Assembly: GCA_965208835.1 (NCBI GenBank)
Contig: OZ242358.1
Location: forward strand, 864,001 to 928,000
Reading direction: 5' to 3'
DNA length: 64,000 nucleotides
Source of the DNA: Candidatus Latescibacterota bacterium
Lineage (GTDB): Bacteria > Latescibacterota > UBA2968 > GCA-2709665
Below are positions 28,869 through 38,939 of this stretch, piece after piece (positions within the stretch are counted from its first letter, which is position 1; each line of letters opens with the position of its first letter). The position numbers were made by a program, and so were the translations under genes. The notes below the pieces were generated by a model, which was given only the letters and a program-made list of their open reading frames with translations, ran no database searches and was not told where the DNA came from.

Positions 28869-30023
28869 ATGAAGTACGATCTGCTTATCAAGGGAGGGAC
28901 GCTGGTCGATCCCGCGCAAGGCCTCAGCGGCGAGCGGGACGTGGGGTTCGCGGCGGGACGGGTGGCCGCTGTAGGCGAATGTCTCGATAAGGACGACGGA
29001 CGCGAGGTGATCGACGCGGCGGGTTGCGTGGTTACGCCCGGGTTGATCGATCTTCACGTTCATGTATTCGCCGGCGTCAGTCACTATGGCATCGAACCCG
29101 ATCCCACGTGCCTGGCTCGAGGAGCGACGACGGTGGTCGATGCGGGGTCCGCGGGCGCCGATACCTTTCCGGGTTTCCGGAAATACGTGATCGACGTGAG
29201 CGAGACCCGGATACTGGCCCAGATGAATATCTCCTCGCAGGGCATGCTCACCGAAGAGATCGGCGAGTTCGAGATTCCCGAATACGCGGACGTGGACAAG
29301 GCGTGCCGTATGATCGAGCGGCACCGGGACGTCGTCCTCGGCGTAAAGGTCAGGCTGACGAGGAATACAATCGTCAGCGAACGGTCCGGAATGCTCCCTC
29401 TTTACAGGGCAAGAGAGGCGGCGGACGCGGCCGGGTTGCCGATTATGGTGCATCCGCAGGACGCGTGGTGCGAATCGATAGACGATATTCTGAACGTCAT
29501 GAACGGCGGAGATATTCTAACGCATTGTTATCACGACTATCCCTGTGGGATTCTCAATGGCGAGGGACGGATCCGGGATTCGGTGCTGGAGGCGATTGAA
29601 CGGGGTGTCGTGTTCGACGTGGGTCACGGCGCCGGGTCGTTTTCTTGGCAGATCGTCGAGAAGGCGCTGTCGCAGGACGTGCTTCCGACGACGATTTCAT
29701 CGGACCTGCACATTTACAATGTCAACGGTCCCGTTTACGACCTGGCCTCCGTGGTGACGAAATTTCTGCACCTGGGTCTGTCGATTGAAGAATCGATCTC
29801 GCGCGTGACGTCCGTGCCTTCTGCGATAATCGGCATGGAGGGCGAGGTGGGGACGCTGTCCCCAGGCGCGTTCGGGGATGCGGTTGTGTTTGAGCTGCGG
29901 GAAGGGGACTTTCGTTTCGAAGACTCGAGGGGGGAGGTCCGGACGGGTAAGCGGAATCTGGTTCCCATGACTGTCGTCAAGGGCGGCCGGGTCTATACGC
30001 GCCGTCACACAGGTGACAGTTGA
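28869..30023 (+). CDS. amidohydrolase/deacetylase family metallohydrolase (dihydroorotase-like)
   Basis: PGLIDLHVH, DAGSAG, GVKVR, MVH, GDILTHCY, DVGHG and ISSDLH. Confidence 0.9.
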   Translation: MKYDLLIKGGTLVDPAQGLSGERDVGFAAGRVAAVGECLDKDDGREVIDAAGCVVTPGLIDLHVHVFAGVSHYGIEPDPTCLARGATTVVDAGSAGADTFPGFRKYVIDVSETRILAQMNISSQGMLTEEIGEFEIPEYADVDKACRMIERHRDVVLGVKVRLTRNTIVSERSGMLPLYRAREAADAAGLPIMVHPQDAWCESIDDILNVMNGGDILTHCYHDYPCGILNGEGRIRDSVLEAIERGVVFDVGHGAGSFSWQIVEKALSQDVLPTTISSDLHIYNVNGPVYDLASVVTKFLHLGLSIEESISRVTSVPSAIIGMEGEVGTLSPGAFGDAVVFELREGDFRFEDSRGEVRTGKRNLVPMTVVKGGRVYTRRHTGDS

Positions 30024-30043
30024 CTCGAAATTGAGGGATGCAT

Positions 30044-31978
30044 ATGTCGTCGCCAATCAAGCCCGAGCATACGTACGATCTGGTTGACGTATCGGACGTG
30101 GAGATTGCGGGAGACGGTTCCGCCGTTGTTTTCGTGCGTCAGGAGATCAACAGGAAGACGATGAAGCGGGAGTCCCGAATCGTGATGCAATCGCTTGCGG
30201 GCGGTACAGCCGTCGATGTGACGGAGGGTCCGCGGGACGGGGCGCCAAGGCTATCGGCAGACGGGAAGACGCTGGCCTTCTTACGTTCAGGAGAGGACGA
30301 CAGGAGGCAGGTCTGGGTGATGCAGGTCGGTGGCAACGGCGCGAGCCAGTTGACGACGCTTCCGGACGGTGTGAAGGACTTGGCGTGGTCACCCGATGGA
30401 ATGGAATTCGTCGTTGTCTCACGGGTGGACCCGGATCGCGCTCCCGACGATCACGATGAAGACACGATGCCGAGGACACGGGTCGCTCGTCGCGTGCGAT
30501 ACCGTGATGACGGCGACGGCTGGAGGGGTGATGCCTTTACGCAGTTGTTCCTGGTGGATGCCGCGACCGGCACGGCGGAACAGATAACGGACGGGGAGGG
30601 AAATCACGGGGCGCCGGTGTGGTCTCCGGATGGAGGCCGAATTGCGTTCGTGACCGACTGCATAGAGGCGCGTGACTTTGTTCTGGGTTTCGAGGTGCAT
30701 GTATTGGAGTTGGCCACCCGGACATCGTGTTGCTGGTCGGCGGGACTGAGTCGTGCGGAATCCGTAGGTTGGTCACCGGAAGGCAAACGCCTGGCAGTTG
30801 CAGGCTCTCACGACCCGGACGTGTGGGATTCGAGGCAGTCGTGGCTGTACGTACTGGATGAGACCGGGAAGCCGGTGTGCGTGGCGGGTGGTGAATATAC
30901 CGTGGTACAACCTCTTGCGTCACGGTGCTGGACGACGGGCGGCGGGATATTGTTCATCGGTGACAGGAATGGCGAGTCGTTCCTGTGCGAGGTGTATTGC
31001 AGTGGGTCCGCCGGGCGGACGCAGGTTCTGGACGGCGGCGGGCGGGAGTTCACCGGCCTGTCGGTTGACCGCGGCGGCGCGAAGGCGGCTGTGGTGACGT
31101 CGTCACCGGACTGTCCGTGCGACGTGGCGGTGCTGGAAGTGGCTGCGAAGCGGCAGCGGGCGGTAACGGCCGTAAACGCCGGGTTTTTGGAGGCCCATCC
31201 GGCTGGACGCATGGAGAAGCTCGTGTTCAAGCGAAAAGGCGAGGCGATTGAGGCGCGGGTGCTGTTTCCCTGCGATTTCACTGAGGCGAGGTCCTATCCG
31301 CTGGTGCTGGATATCCACGGTGGGCCTCACGGGCGATTTTCGGACTCTTACGACGTCACCCATCAGATTCTGGCAGGCGCGGGGTATATCGTTCTCGCTG
31401 TGAATCCAAGGGGATCCTCGTCATACGGACCGGGATTTCTGAAGGCGGTGCTGGCGGACTGGGGCGGGGAAGATTTCCTGGATCTGATGGCGGGTGTCGA
31501 CCTGCTTTGCGAACGGTCCTACGTGGATTCGGATCGTCTGGGGGTCCACGGATACAGCTACGGCGGCTTTATGAGCAGCTGGATTATCGGTCACGACCAC
31601 CGTTTCAAGGCGGCGGTGATCGGCGCGCCGTGCATCAACTTGCACAGTATGTACGGAACGTCGGATGTCGGGGTTTCGTTCGGCGAGAATCAGTGGCGTG
31701 GTTCGGTGTTGGAGAACGTGGAAGCGCTGGTGAGACGGTCGCCGCTGACCTATGCGCCGGAGGTGCGTACTCCGGTGTTGCTGATGCACGGCGAGGAAGA
31801 CTACCGATGTCCGATTGAGCAGGCCGAGCAGTTCTTCGTCGCGCTGAAGCGGCAGGGGAAGACCGCGGAGTTTGTGCGCTTTCCAAAGTCGTCCCACGGC
31901 TTCAGGAGGAGCGGCCACCCGGCGCTGCACGTGGAATACCTGGACAGAATGGTGTCGTGGCTGGAGCAGTACGTGTAG
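30044..31978 (+). CDS. S9 family peptidase (acylaminoacyl/dipeptidyl aminopeptidase)
   Basis: WSPDG propeller repeats, IHGGP, GYSYGG nucleophile, HGEEDYRC and catalytic His in SSHG. Confidence 0.93.
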   Translation: MSSPIKPEHTYDLVDVSDVEIAGDGSAVVFVRQEINRKTMKRESRIVMQSLAGGTAVDVTEGPRDGAPRLSADGKTLAFLRSGEDDRRQVWVMQVGGNGASQLTTLPDGVKDLAWSPDGMEFVVVSRVDPDRAPDDHDEDTMPRTRVARRVRYRDDGDGWRGDAFTQLFLVDAATGTAEQITDGEGNHGAPVWSPDGGRIAFVTDCIEARDFVLGFEVHVLELATRTSCCWSAGLSRAESVGWSPEGKRLAVAGSHDPDVWDSRQSWLYVLDETGKPVCVAGGEYTVVQPLASRCWTTGGGILFIGDRNGESFLCEVYCSGSAGRTQVLDGGGREFTGLSVDRGGAKAAVVTSSPDCPCDVAVLEVAAKRQRAVTAVNAGFLEAHPAGRMEKLVFKRKGEAIEARVLFPCDFTEARSYPLVLDIHGGPHGRFSDSYDVTHQILAGAGYIVLAVNPRGSSSYGPGFLKAVLADWGGEDFLDLMAGVDLLCERSYVDSDRLGVHGYSYGGFMSSWIIGHDHRFKAAVIGAPCINLHSMYGTSDVGVSFGENQWRGSVLENVEALVRRSPLTYAPEVRTPVLLMHGEEDYRCPIEQAEQFFVALKRQGKTAEFVRFPKSSHGFRRSGHPALHVEYLDRMVSWLEQYV

Positions 31979-32011
31979 TCGAACCGCCCACCGATATTGC
32001 GACTTGAGGTC

Positions 32012-32746
32012 ATGACCGTGAATCAGAAATCTCAAAGTGTGCAGTTTTCGGCGCGCGCCGCGGATTACGACCGCCTTCAGCCGGTTCGCATCGAGATGTA
32101 TGAATTCTACCACGGCCTGGCCCTGGACTTCGTTCCGTTCGATACCGGGACTGAATTCCGAGTGCTCGATCTCGGTTGTGGGACGGGCGCTTTCATCGAA
32201 CGCATCCTGGACAGGTACGCGAAAGCGACCTGTATCGCGGTCGACTTTTCAGGCGAGATGATCGAGATTGCGGCCCGGAAGCTGAACGCGCATTCGGACA
32301 GGGTGGAATTCCAGCAGTATGATCTCAGCGAAGGCATGCCCGAGGGTCTGGGGTCCTTTCAACTGGTCAATTCGTTTTCGACGATACATCACCTGACAGA
32401 CGAGAACAAGGTCCGCGTATTCAGGCAGATTCACGACGTGCTGGATCCGGGTGGATGGTTTTTCTTCATCGATGCGATGTCCGCGCACTTTGACGACGAC
32501 GTTTTTCAACTGGGTCGAAAGCGGCACGGGAAGCGACAGAAGGAGAGATTCGAAAGTGCGGGGATAGGTTTCGAGGAAGCCAATCGGGTGGACGGGATCG
32601 TCGACGAGACTGAAGAGGGCAGCCCTGAGAGAGACAGAATATCTCCCTTAGCTGCCCAGATTGAATGGCTGGAAGAGGCGGGTTTCAGATCGGTGGATCA
32701 CATCTGGCACTTCTGGATGGAACATTTCATCATCTGCCGAAAGTGA
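32012..32746 (+). CDS. class I SAM-dependent methyltransferase
   Basis: VLDLGCGTG, TIHHL and LDPGG. Confidence 0.9.
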   Translation: MTVNQKSQSVQFSARAADYDRLQPVRIEMYEFYHGLALDFVPFDTGTEFRVLDLGCGTGAFIERILDRYAKATCIAVDFSGEMIEIAARKLNAHSDRVEFQQYDLSEGMPEGLGSFQLVNSFSTIHHLTDENKVRVFRQIHDVLDPGGWFFFIDAMSAHFDDDVFQLGRKRHGKRQKERFESAGIGFEEANRVDGIVDETEEGSPERDRISPLAAQIEWLEEAGFRSVDHIWHFWMEHFIICRK

Positions 32747-32769
32747 ATGCCCGCGCCGGTCGTCTGCAC

Positions 32770-32964
32770 TCAGTGTACGTGCCATTCCGACAGCAGCGCC
32801 ATCAGGGAAATCCCGATGATGATGAGTGCGAATTTGACCACCCTGTCGGAATCCCTCACGGGCATGGGAACGTCGTCGTCCCCGGCCGGCGCGCTCAATA
32901 CGTATTTCGCCAGGCGCATTTCCCTCATCGACATCTCCGCGTCGATGATTTCAACCGCTGCCAC
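32770..32964 (-). CDS. small hypothetical membrane protein
   Basis: 64-aa ORF with one C-terminal hydrophobic helix filling an intergenic gap; weak support. Confidence 0.3.
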   Translation of the reverse strand: MAAVEIIDAEMSMREMRLAKYVLSAPAGDDDVPMPVRDSDRVVKFALIIIGISLMALLSEWHVH

Positions 32965-33120
32965 GTAGATGAACGTCCCGGCGACCTCAGACCGGCAGGA
33001 GATTTACGATCCGGGATGGCGCAAATCAGATGTAAATCCAGTTCGATTTCCACGCAATTTAGGATTATCGCAGCGCGGTGGCCAAGCATTTGTTTCTGGA
33101 CAGAGAGAAGAGGTGTCGCG

Positions 33121-33495
33121 ATGACCATCAGAAGATACCCGGGAAAGGCCGTTGGCCGGAGCGAGTCCGTGGAACACGACGGCATCGTTTATACAGCCGT
33201 CATCGCGTCCGATCTTTCGGCGGATTTCAGGGACCAGACCAGGCAGGCGTTTGAACAGCTCGATGCAAACCTGACGGAGGCCGGAACCGACAGAACACGG
33301 CTGCTGTCCGCGACAGTCTACATTACGGACATGTCCAAGAAGCCCATCCTCAACGAGGTCTGGGACGACTGGATCGGGCCCGATCACTGGCCGCAGCGCG
33401 CCTGCGTGGAAGTCGGGCTGGAGGGAGACACGCTTGTAGAGATTGTCGCGATTGCCGCGAAACAGGTAAGTGCCCAGGAACCGGAAGATGAGTGA
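33121..33495 (+). CDS. RidA/YjgF family protein
   Basis: QTRQAFEQLD..AGTD..LNEVWDDW..PQRACVE..VEI. AGAGG SD before ATG 33121. Confidence 0.88.
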   Translation: MTIRRYPGKAVGRSESVEHDGIVYTAVIASDLSADFRDQTRQAFEQLDANLTEAGTDRTRLLSATVYITDMSKKPILNEVWDDWIGPDHWPQRACVEVGLEGDTLVEIVAIAAKQVSAQEPEDE

Positions 33496-34312
33496 AGACA
33501 GCGTCATAGATAAAACGAAAACGCCCGCCACGATCGAATCGTTACAAAGGGACCTCCGGGCACTTGGCCTCAAACCCGGCATGGTTGTCCTGGTACATTC
33601 ATCCTTGAGCGCGATGGGATGGGTGTGCGGGGGAGCCGTCGCGGTTATTGCCGCTCTTCAGGGCGTTCTGGGATCTTCCGGAACGCTCGTGATACCCGCC
33701 CACTCGTCCGGCCTTTCCGAGCCGGGCAAGTGGGAAAACCCTCCCGTCCCCGAGTCCTGGTGGCCGGTCATTCGGGAGAACATGCCGGCCTACGATGAGG
33801 CGCTTACGCCGACCAGTCATATGGGCGTCATCGCCGAGACATTCCGTAAGCAGAGAGGCGTTCTCCGCAGTTCTCACCCGCAACTCTCATTTTGCGCGCG
33901 TGGCCCTCAGGCATCCCGAATCGTGGACGATCATTCACTGGAATTCGGCCTGGGCGAGGGTTCGCCGCTCGCGAGAGTCTACGACCTGAACGGTTCTGTC
34001 CTTCTGCTCGGCGCGAGCCACGGATCCAATACGTCCATGCATCTGGCGGAATACCGGGCGAATTTTCCGACCCGGAAGGTTGTGCGGGAGGGCGCTCCGA
34101 TCTATGCATCGGGATCACGGCGATGGGAGACCTTTGAGGAAGTCGAACCGGACAGTTCCGATTTCGATCGTATCGGTGAGGACTTTCTGAAGTCGGATGC
34201 GGGCAAAGTCGTGAGCCGGGGCAAGGTTGGTCTCGCGGATTGCCAACTCATGCCTCAGCGCGACGTCGTGGATTTCACAGTCGCCTGGCTCGAGGAGAAC
34301 AGAAAGAAATGA
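33488..34312 (+). CDS. AAC(3)/YokD family N-acetyltransferase
   Basis: LVHSSLSAMGWVCGG, RSSHPQLSF and NTSMHLAE. Confidence 0.92.
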   Translation: MSEDSVIDKTKTPATIESLQRDLRALGLKPGMVVLVHSSLSAMGWVCGGAVAVIAALQGVLGSSGTLVIPAHSSGLSEPGKWENPPVPESWWPVIRENMPAYDEALTPTSHMGVIAETFRKQRGVLRSSHPQLSFCARGPQASRIVDDHSLEFGLGEGSPLARVYDLNGSVLLLGASHGSNTSMHLAEYRANFPTRKVVREGAPIYASGSRRWETFEEVEPDSSDFDRIGEDFLKSDAGKVVSRGKVGLADCQLMPQRDVVDFTVAWLEENRKK

Positions 34313-34473
34313 AAGAGACAAAACGAGACGTGGGCCTCGAGACTCTGGAGGGGCTCCGAGAACTCAGGCGGGGCAAGTGTTGCCGTGTGATCAATGTGGG
34401 GGAACTCAACCGGATCAGAAAGGAAGCCGGTCTGCGGAACAATGACAAATCGGAGTCTGTTGAGGGGATGTGA
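34309..34473 (+). pseudogene. N-terminal remnant of an HTH antitoxin
   Basis: MKETKRDVGLETLEGLRELRRGK..RIRKEAGL resembles HigA-2-type antitoxin N-termini. It breaks off at the start of the HTH and is ATGA-coupled to the upstream gene. Confidence 0.55.
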
Positions 34474-35797
34474 ATTACATCTGCACATTCTCGGTGCGTA
34501 CCATACGGAAGACCTCCTGGAACTCGGAAGGGATTGTTACAAGGAGGTTAACTGGGATGAATTCGATTTCATCAATACCTATCGACAAGCGTATGGTACT
34601 GACCCCCGGCCGATTGCACTGTTCCATGACGCAGTGAAGGGCTGCAGGAACGGATTCGACAGATTGAATCGAGCCTATACGTTCGACGAACGGGACGGGG
34701 GCGACTTTGGCCGCTTTGAGGCCAAACAGCTGCTGTTTCTATGCGTCTGGAGCCACTGGCGAAAAAAGGGACGCGATAAGCCCCTGATCCAAAGGATGCT
34801 CGCCAGACACCGAACCGAATCGCTGGATTACGTCGAATACAGATGTGGCAGTGGTTTGGATGGATTTCTACACTGGCACGGACTGTGCGCTGGCGTCTTG
34901 AAAGAGGCCTGTCGCGACGGTCTTACTGCACGCTATATCGTGAGTGTTTCGCGGGATGCGCCTCTCGAAACCTATGCCCTTGCACAAAGGCTTTTCGACC
35001 AGAACCCTGAGCTGGTACCGATAATCGTGGGAATCGATTTTGCCGGTCGTGAAGAATACCATGCGCCAAAACACATGCGTCCATTGTTCTCACAGGTACG
35101 TGAAGATAACAGAAGGGATCCGGGTCGCGCTCTCGATATTGTCTATCACGTGGGTGAGTCCTTTTTCGACAAATCTCTGGAAAGTGCAGTGCGCTGGTGC
35201 CACGAAGTCGCCGAGATGGGTGCCAGGAGAATCGGACACGCCATTGCATTGGGTCTCGATCCGGAGATCGCGGTTGCGCGGCGGACGAGAGCTCATAATC
35301 GGGAAATGGTTAGCGAGCGCCTCGATCAGATCGCGTACGATCTTCGGCACGCGCAAGGGTTGAGCGACTATGGAATTGATGTAGATGAGCGCGCGCTGAT
35401 CACCGAAAGGAACGCGTTGAAAAAACAGCCGCACGAGGAAGCGGTCGAACGGCCGTATGACCGAAGAAGATTGAACGAGGTACGTCGACGGCAGGAATTC
35501 GTGCTGGATCGATTGATCCAACTTCGCACAGTGATAGAGTGTTGTCCAACTTCCAATCTGAGGATAGGTGGCGTGCCGGCGCCGATGCATCACCCCATTC
35601 ATCGGTTTCTGGATTCCGGAGTGGACCTCGTAATCTGCTCGGACGATCCCGGAAACTTCGGGTCCACCCTTTCGGAAGAAGTGGATTGGGTATTGACCCA
35701 CACCGGCATGACTGAAGATGCGCTGGAAAGACGCCTGGGTGATCCTCGACGATTCCGATTGGGACAATCAAGACCTCACAATACAGGTCGATTGTAG
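34442..35797 (+). CDS. adenosine/AMP deaminase-like metallohydrolase
   Basis: ELHLHILG, GIDFAGRE, HVGE, RIGHA, CPTSN and SDDPG. Confidence 0.85.
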   Translation: MTNRSLLRGCELHLHILGAYHTEDLLELGRDCYKEVNWDEFDFINTYRQAYGTDPRPIALFHDAVKGCRNGFDRLNRAYTFDERDGGDFGRFEAKQLLFLCVWSHWRKKGRDKPLIQRMLARHRTESLDYVEYRCGSGLDGFLHWHGLCAGVLKEACRDGLTARYIVSVSRDAPLETYALAQRLFDQNPELVPIIVGIDFAGREEYHAPKHMRPLFSQVREDNRRDPGRALDIVYHVGESFFDKSLESAVRWCHEVAEMGARRIGHAIALGLDPEIAVARRTRAHNREMVSERLDQIAYDLRHAQGLSDYGIDVDERALITERNALKKQPHEEAVERPYDRRRLNEVRRRQEFVLDRLIQLRTVIECCPTSNLRIGGVPAPMHHPIHRFLDSGVDLVICSDDPGNFGSTLSEEVDWVLTHTGMTEDALERRLGDPRRFRLGQSRPHNTGRL

Positions 35798-36019
35798 AAG
35801 GTGTGTTACTCTTGATCGCGGACAGAAATCTACAGGCACTTCCAGTCGTGGCGTAGGGAGACGTCGCCCCGTTGGCACTGGATGCGTAGGATAGTTGTGC
35901 GTCGTTGGTTCAGATGGAGGTGTGGTGTCCAGGCGAATCTGTCGCCGAATGAGCGATCAACCTGACGTCGGTTGAACGGAAAGCGGCCGATGTAGAGTAC
36001 ACAGGAAGAGACGGGAACT

Positions 36020-37672
36020 ATGTGGCCATCATTGCGCGAGTTTCTTCGTGTTCCCCGGGAACTTACTGGCAAGAACGTGCGCATTGCCGTCATTGACGGA
36101 GAATTCCCACACCATCCCGATATCAGCACCAATGACCGGCGAACGACCTACCTGGTGCCGGGCATGTCGGAACCGGACGCGCAGCCCGAGGTGTTCGAGG
36201 CGGAACCGGGACCATGGAAGGGCGGGTGGCATGCGCTCTGTGCCGCGGCCGCCGCCGGGGGCTCGGGCGCCGAATCGGGAGGGCTTTACACTGGCGTGGC
36301 GCCCGAAGCGGATCTGTTTCTTATGGCAAGGTATCCACGCGAGAAGGGCTGGTCGGAGGAAGAAGCGCAGATCAGAGCGCTGGAATGGGTCGGCGCCAAC
36401 TGGCGAAAGTATGAAATACGTGGTGTGATGTCAGCGAAGAAGAGTCTGATAGGTTCATCTCTTCTTCCCTGGCAGACCGACCGGCGCCGGATCCTGTGTG
36501 AAGGTCTGGTCGACCACGGGCTGTTCGTGGTGTCCAGCTCCGGAAATCGACCGGACGAGACGACCGCGGTTGCCGAAACCTCCGCCCCGTCAGTCCTGAC
36601 CGTGGGAGGCGTCGCAATACCGCCGGATGGGGACCTGAATCGAACCAGGAGTTATCCAGGGTGCCGGGGAACGACGTTCGAAGGGAAATGGGTCCCGGAA
36701 ATACTGGCGCCGGCACAGAACGTCGTGCTTCCCCACAGAAACGACGAGGAGATTGAAACCCACTACTATGGAGAGATGGACACATTGCCGGCCCGCCATG
36801 CCCGTACAAACGGGACGTCTTTCTCCGGCCCTGCTCTGCTCGGGGCGGCGGCCTGTGTGTGGCAGGCGCATCCGGACTGGGCTGCCGGTGAAATGAAATC
36901 AGCCCTCGTTTCGTCAGCGCTCAAGAATCGGGAGTGGACAGACCTCCGTGCAGGCCTGGTTTCGGTCAGCGACGCCGTGGATGGAGGCGTACCCATGGCT
37001 GAGCCGACGCCTGCGAAGCGTCCTATACGGATCTGGTCTTCTTTGCGTAGGGAGTCAGTGGAAGGCAGACTGGTTCGATTGAAAACCAGCAATCCCAACG
37101 AAATCAGGGATGCAATCCTCTCGTTTATCGGCGATGATTTTCCGCAACGGGCCGCACGTGCAGTACGTGAGCATACCAGGCACCCTGACGCCGGCGTTCG
37201 CGCCGCGTCCCTGTGTGCGCTTGCCGGCAAACCTCCATCCTTCGCAGATTCGGGCTATATTATCCACGCGCTTCGCGATGTTTCCCCTGTCGTCCGAATG
37301 GCCGGCGTATACCTGTTGACGCAGCGTTCGGATCTCTGGTCCAAATGTCGTGAATCCCTCGCCGATTGCTTCGACGATCTGAGCCTGGACGTCCGAATTG
37401 AGTCCCTTCATCTCGCCAGGAAGATGGCGTACCCGGATTTCGCGGAGAAGATTGCCACTGGTCTCGAGGAAGACGCACGGCTGGGATGCATCGCGAATTT
37501 CGCGGCGAGGAGGGATGCGCTGGAGGCGATTACCGGACAGCAATTGCCTGCGCGCCCCCCATATAAATTCGGGCAACCCTCGCAGGGGGATGCTCGGAGG
37601 GTTGCCCGGGTCGAACTGGCTTTGCGATGGATGGATTGGCTCAGAGTGAACTGGACTGTGCTGCGGAATTGA
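36020..37672 (+). CDS. S8 (subtilisin-like) serine peptidase with C-terminal HEAT repeats
   Basis: AVIDG (Asp), HAL (His), SSGN and GTSFS (Ser). HEAT repeats HPDAGVRAA, DVSPVVRMA and DLSLDVRIE. No signal peptide. Confidence 0.85.
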   Translation: MWPSLREFLRVPRELTGKNVRIAVIDGEFPHHPDISTNDRRTTYLVPGMSEPDAQPEVFEAEPGPWKGGWHALCAAAAAGGSGAESGGLYTGVAPEADLFLMARYPREKGWSEEEAQIRALEWVGANWRKYEIRGVMSAKKSLIGSSLLPWQTDRRRILCEGLVDHGLFVVSSSGNRPDETTAVAETSAPSVLTVGGVAIPPDGDLNRTRSYPGCRGTTFEGKWVPEILAPAQNVVLPHRNDEEIETHYYGEMDTLPARHARTNGTSFSGPALLGAAACVWQAHPDWAAGEMKSALVSSALKNREWTDLRAGLVSVSDAVDGGVPMAEPTPAKRPIRIWSSLRRESVEGRLVRLKTSNPNEIRDAILSFIGDDFPQRAARAVREHTRHPDAGVRAASLCALAGKPPSFADSGYIIHALRDVSPVVRMAGVYLLTQRSDLWSKCRESLADCFDDLSLDVRIESLHLARKMAYPDFAEKIATGLEEDARLGCIANFAARRDALEAITGQQLPARPPYKFGQPSQGDARRVARVELALRWMDWLRVNWTVLRN

Positions 37673-37685
37673 ACAAAGAGAGGCG

Positions 37686-38489
37686 TTACTCGATCACCAC
37701 CAGCACGGCCTCACCCTTGAGGAGGTCGCTGACGAGGGTTATATGCGTACCGTCCGCGCTCAATCTGACCGTAAAGTCCTTGTCTTTTTTCAGCTTCCCT
37801 GTGCGGCCGATCAACTCCTTCAGTTTCTGACCGCGTTCCAGGGTGGGGCCTTCGCCGACGGAGAATAGCGTGACTTTCAGGTCGTCGTGACCGGGTTTCT
37901 GGACCAGCTTGTATCCCTTGCGGAAGAAGCGGCGGCCCGTTTCCAGGAATCCGTCCGCCTTCAGACGGTCTTCCGTACCCACGACCACGCGCACCATGTT
38001 CTTGGCCTCATCGAGTCTCTTCTGAGTCCTCTCGATATCCTCGTTGGCCGCGGCCAGGTCCTGCGACAACTTCATGGTGACGTCTCTCTGATGGCGCAGG
38101 GCGACAGTGAGGCTGTCCGATTCGCCGATGAGCCGATCGATTTCCGCTTCGTCAGCCTTCTTTTCGTCCTCTAGCTGGGCGATTGCTTTCTGCAGCTCTT
38201 CGTTCTTGAGCCGGCGTTTCGTGGCAAGAGCCCGGTATTTTTTCACTTCCTTCTGGAGTTGCTGGTTTTTCTCCTGAAGGAGCATCTCGAACTTGGTGAG
38301 GCTGTCGAGCTGGGTCTTCAGGGTGACGAGTTCGGCCTGAGCGCCGCCCATTTCGGTTTCGAGCGAGTCGATACTGGCCTCTTTCTGCGCGATTACCCGT
38401 TTCTGTCTCTCCACTTCGCTTTCCCCGCAGGCGGTCAGGCCGATGCAGAGGAGCAGGGCGAGGGAAAGACCCGATAGAAGCCTGTTCAT
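37686..38489 (-). CDS. coiled-coil lipoprotein
   Basis: Lipobox LTAC after a hydrophobic stretch, a long heptad coiled coil, and a small C-terminal domain. Confidence 0.8.
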   Translation of the reverse strand: MNRLLSGLSLALLLCIGLTACGESEVERQKRVIAQKEASIDSLETEMGGAQAELVTLKTQLDSLTKFEMLLQEKNQQLQKEVKKYRALATKRRLKNEELQKAIAQLEDEKKADEAEIDRLIGESDSLTVALRHQRDVTMKLSQDLAAANEDIERTQKRLDEAKNMVRVVVGTEDRLKADGFLETGRRFFRKGYKLVQKPGHDDLKVTLFSVGEGPTLERGQKLKELIGRTGKLKKDKDFTVRLSADGTHITLVSDLLKGEAVLVVIE

Positions 38490-38939
38490 CCGAAGATCTC
38501 CCATATTGGGGTTGACGGTAGGGTCCCCAGGGCGTCCCGCCGGGAACCGTTTTTTATCGCTTGCTGAACGATGCGTATTACACGCCCCCGGCTCCCACTC
38601 GGCCCGGAAGCTGTCCCCGCGGGCAGGATTTGTACGCCTCGCCGGGGTTCCACCTTATACATAATGAATTCCGCTGCTTTCTGCAAGGTACATCCAAACA
38701 AAAAGACGTGAGTTGATGTACGCACGGGTAATCGGACTGTCTGACGGAACAACACTATTGAACTCGCTTGCTTCCGCATGTAAATTCACACGTGACGACA
38801 AGACAAAGATGTCAGGAGTGTTTTTAGCGAAGATTCTGAAAAAGACAAATTCGAACATGATCGACTTCGACAAAATGCCTTATTTGTTCTCAACCTTATG
38901 CCGCATATTGCTTTTTCAGACCCAACGAGGACCTGCGCA

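Noticed and set aside
33016-33100. ParE/RelE toxin stub starting MAQIR
   Set aside because: The resemblance is limited to five residues, which is too weak to support.
34442-35797. RADAR defence (RdrB deaminase)
   Set aside because: No adjacent RdrA ATPase, and the protein is shorter than RdrB.
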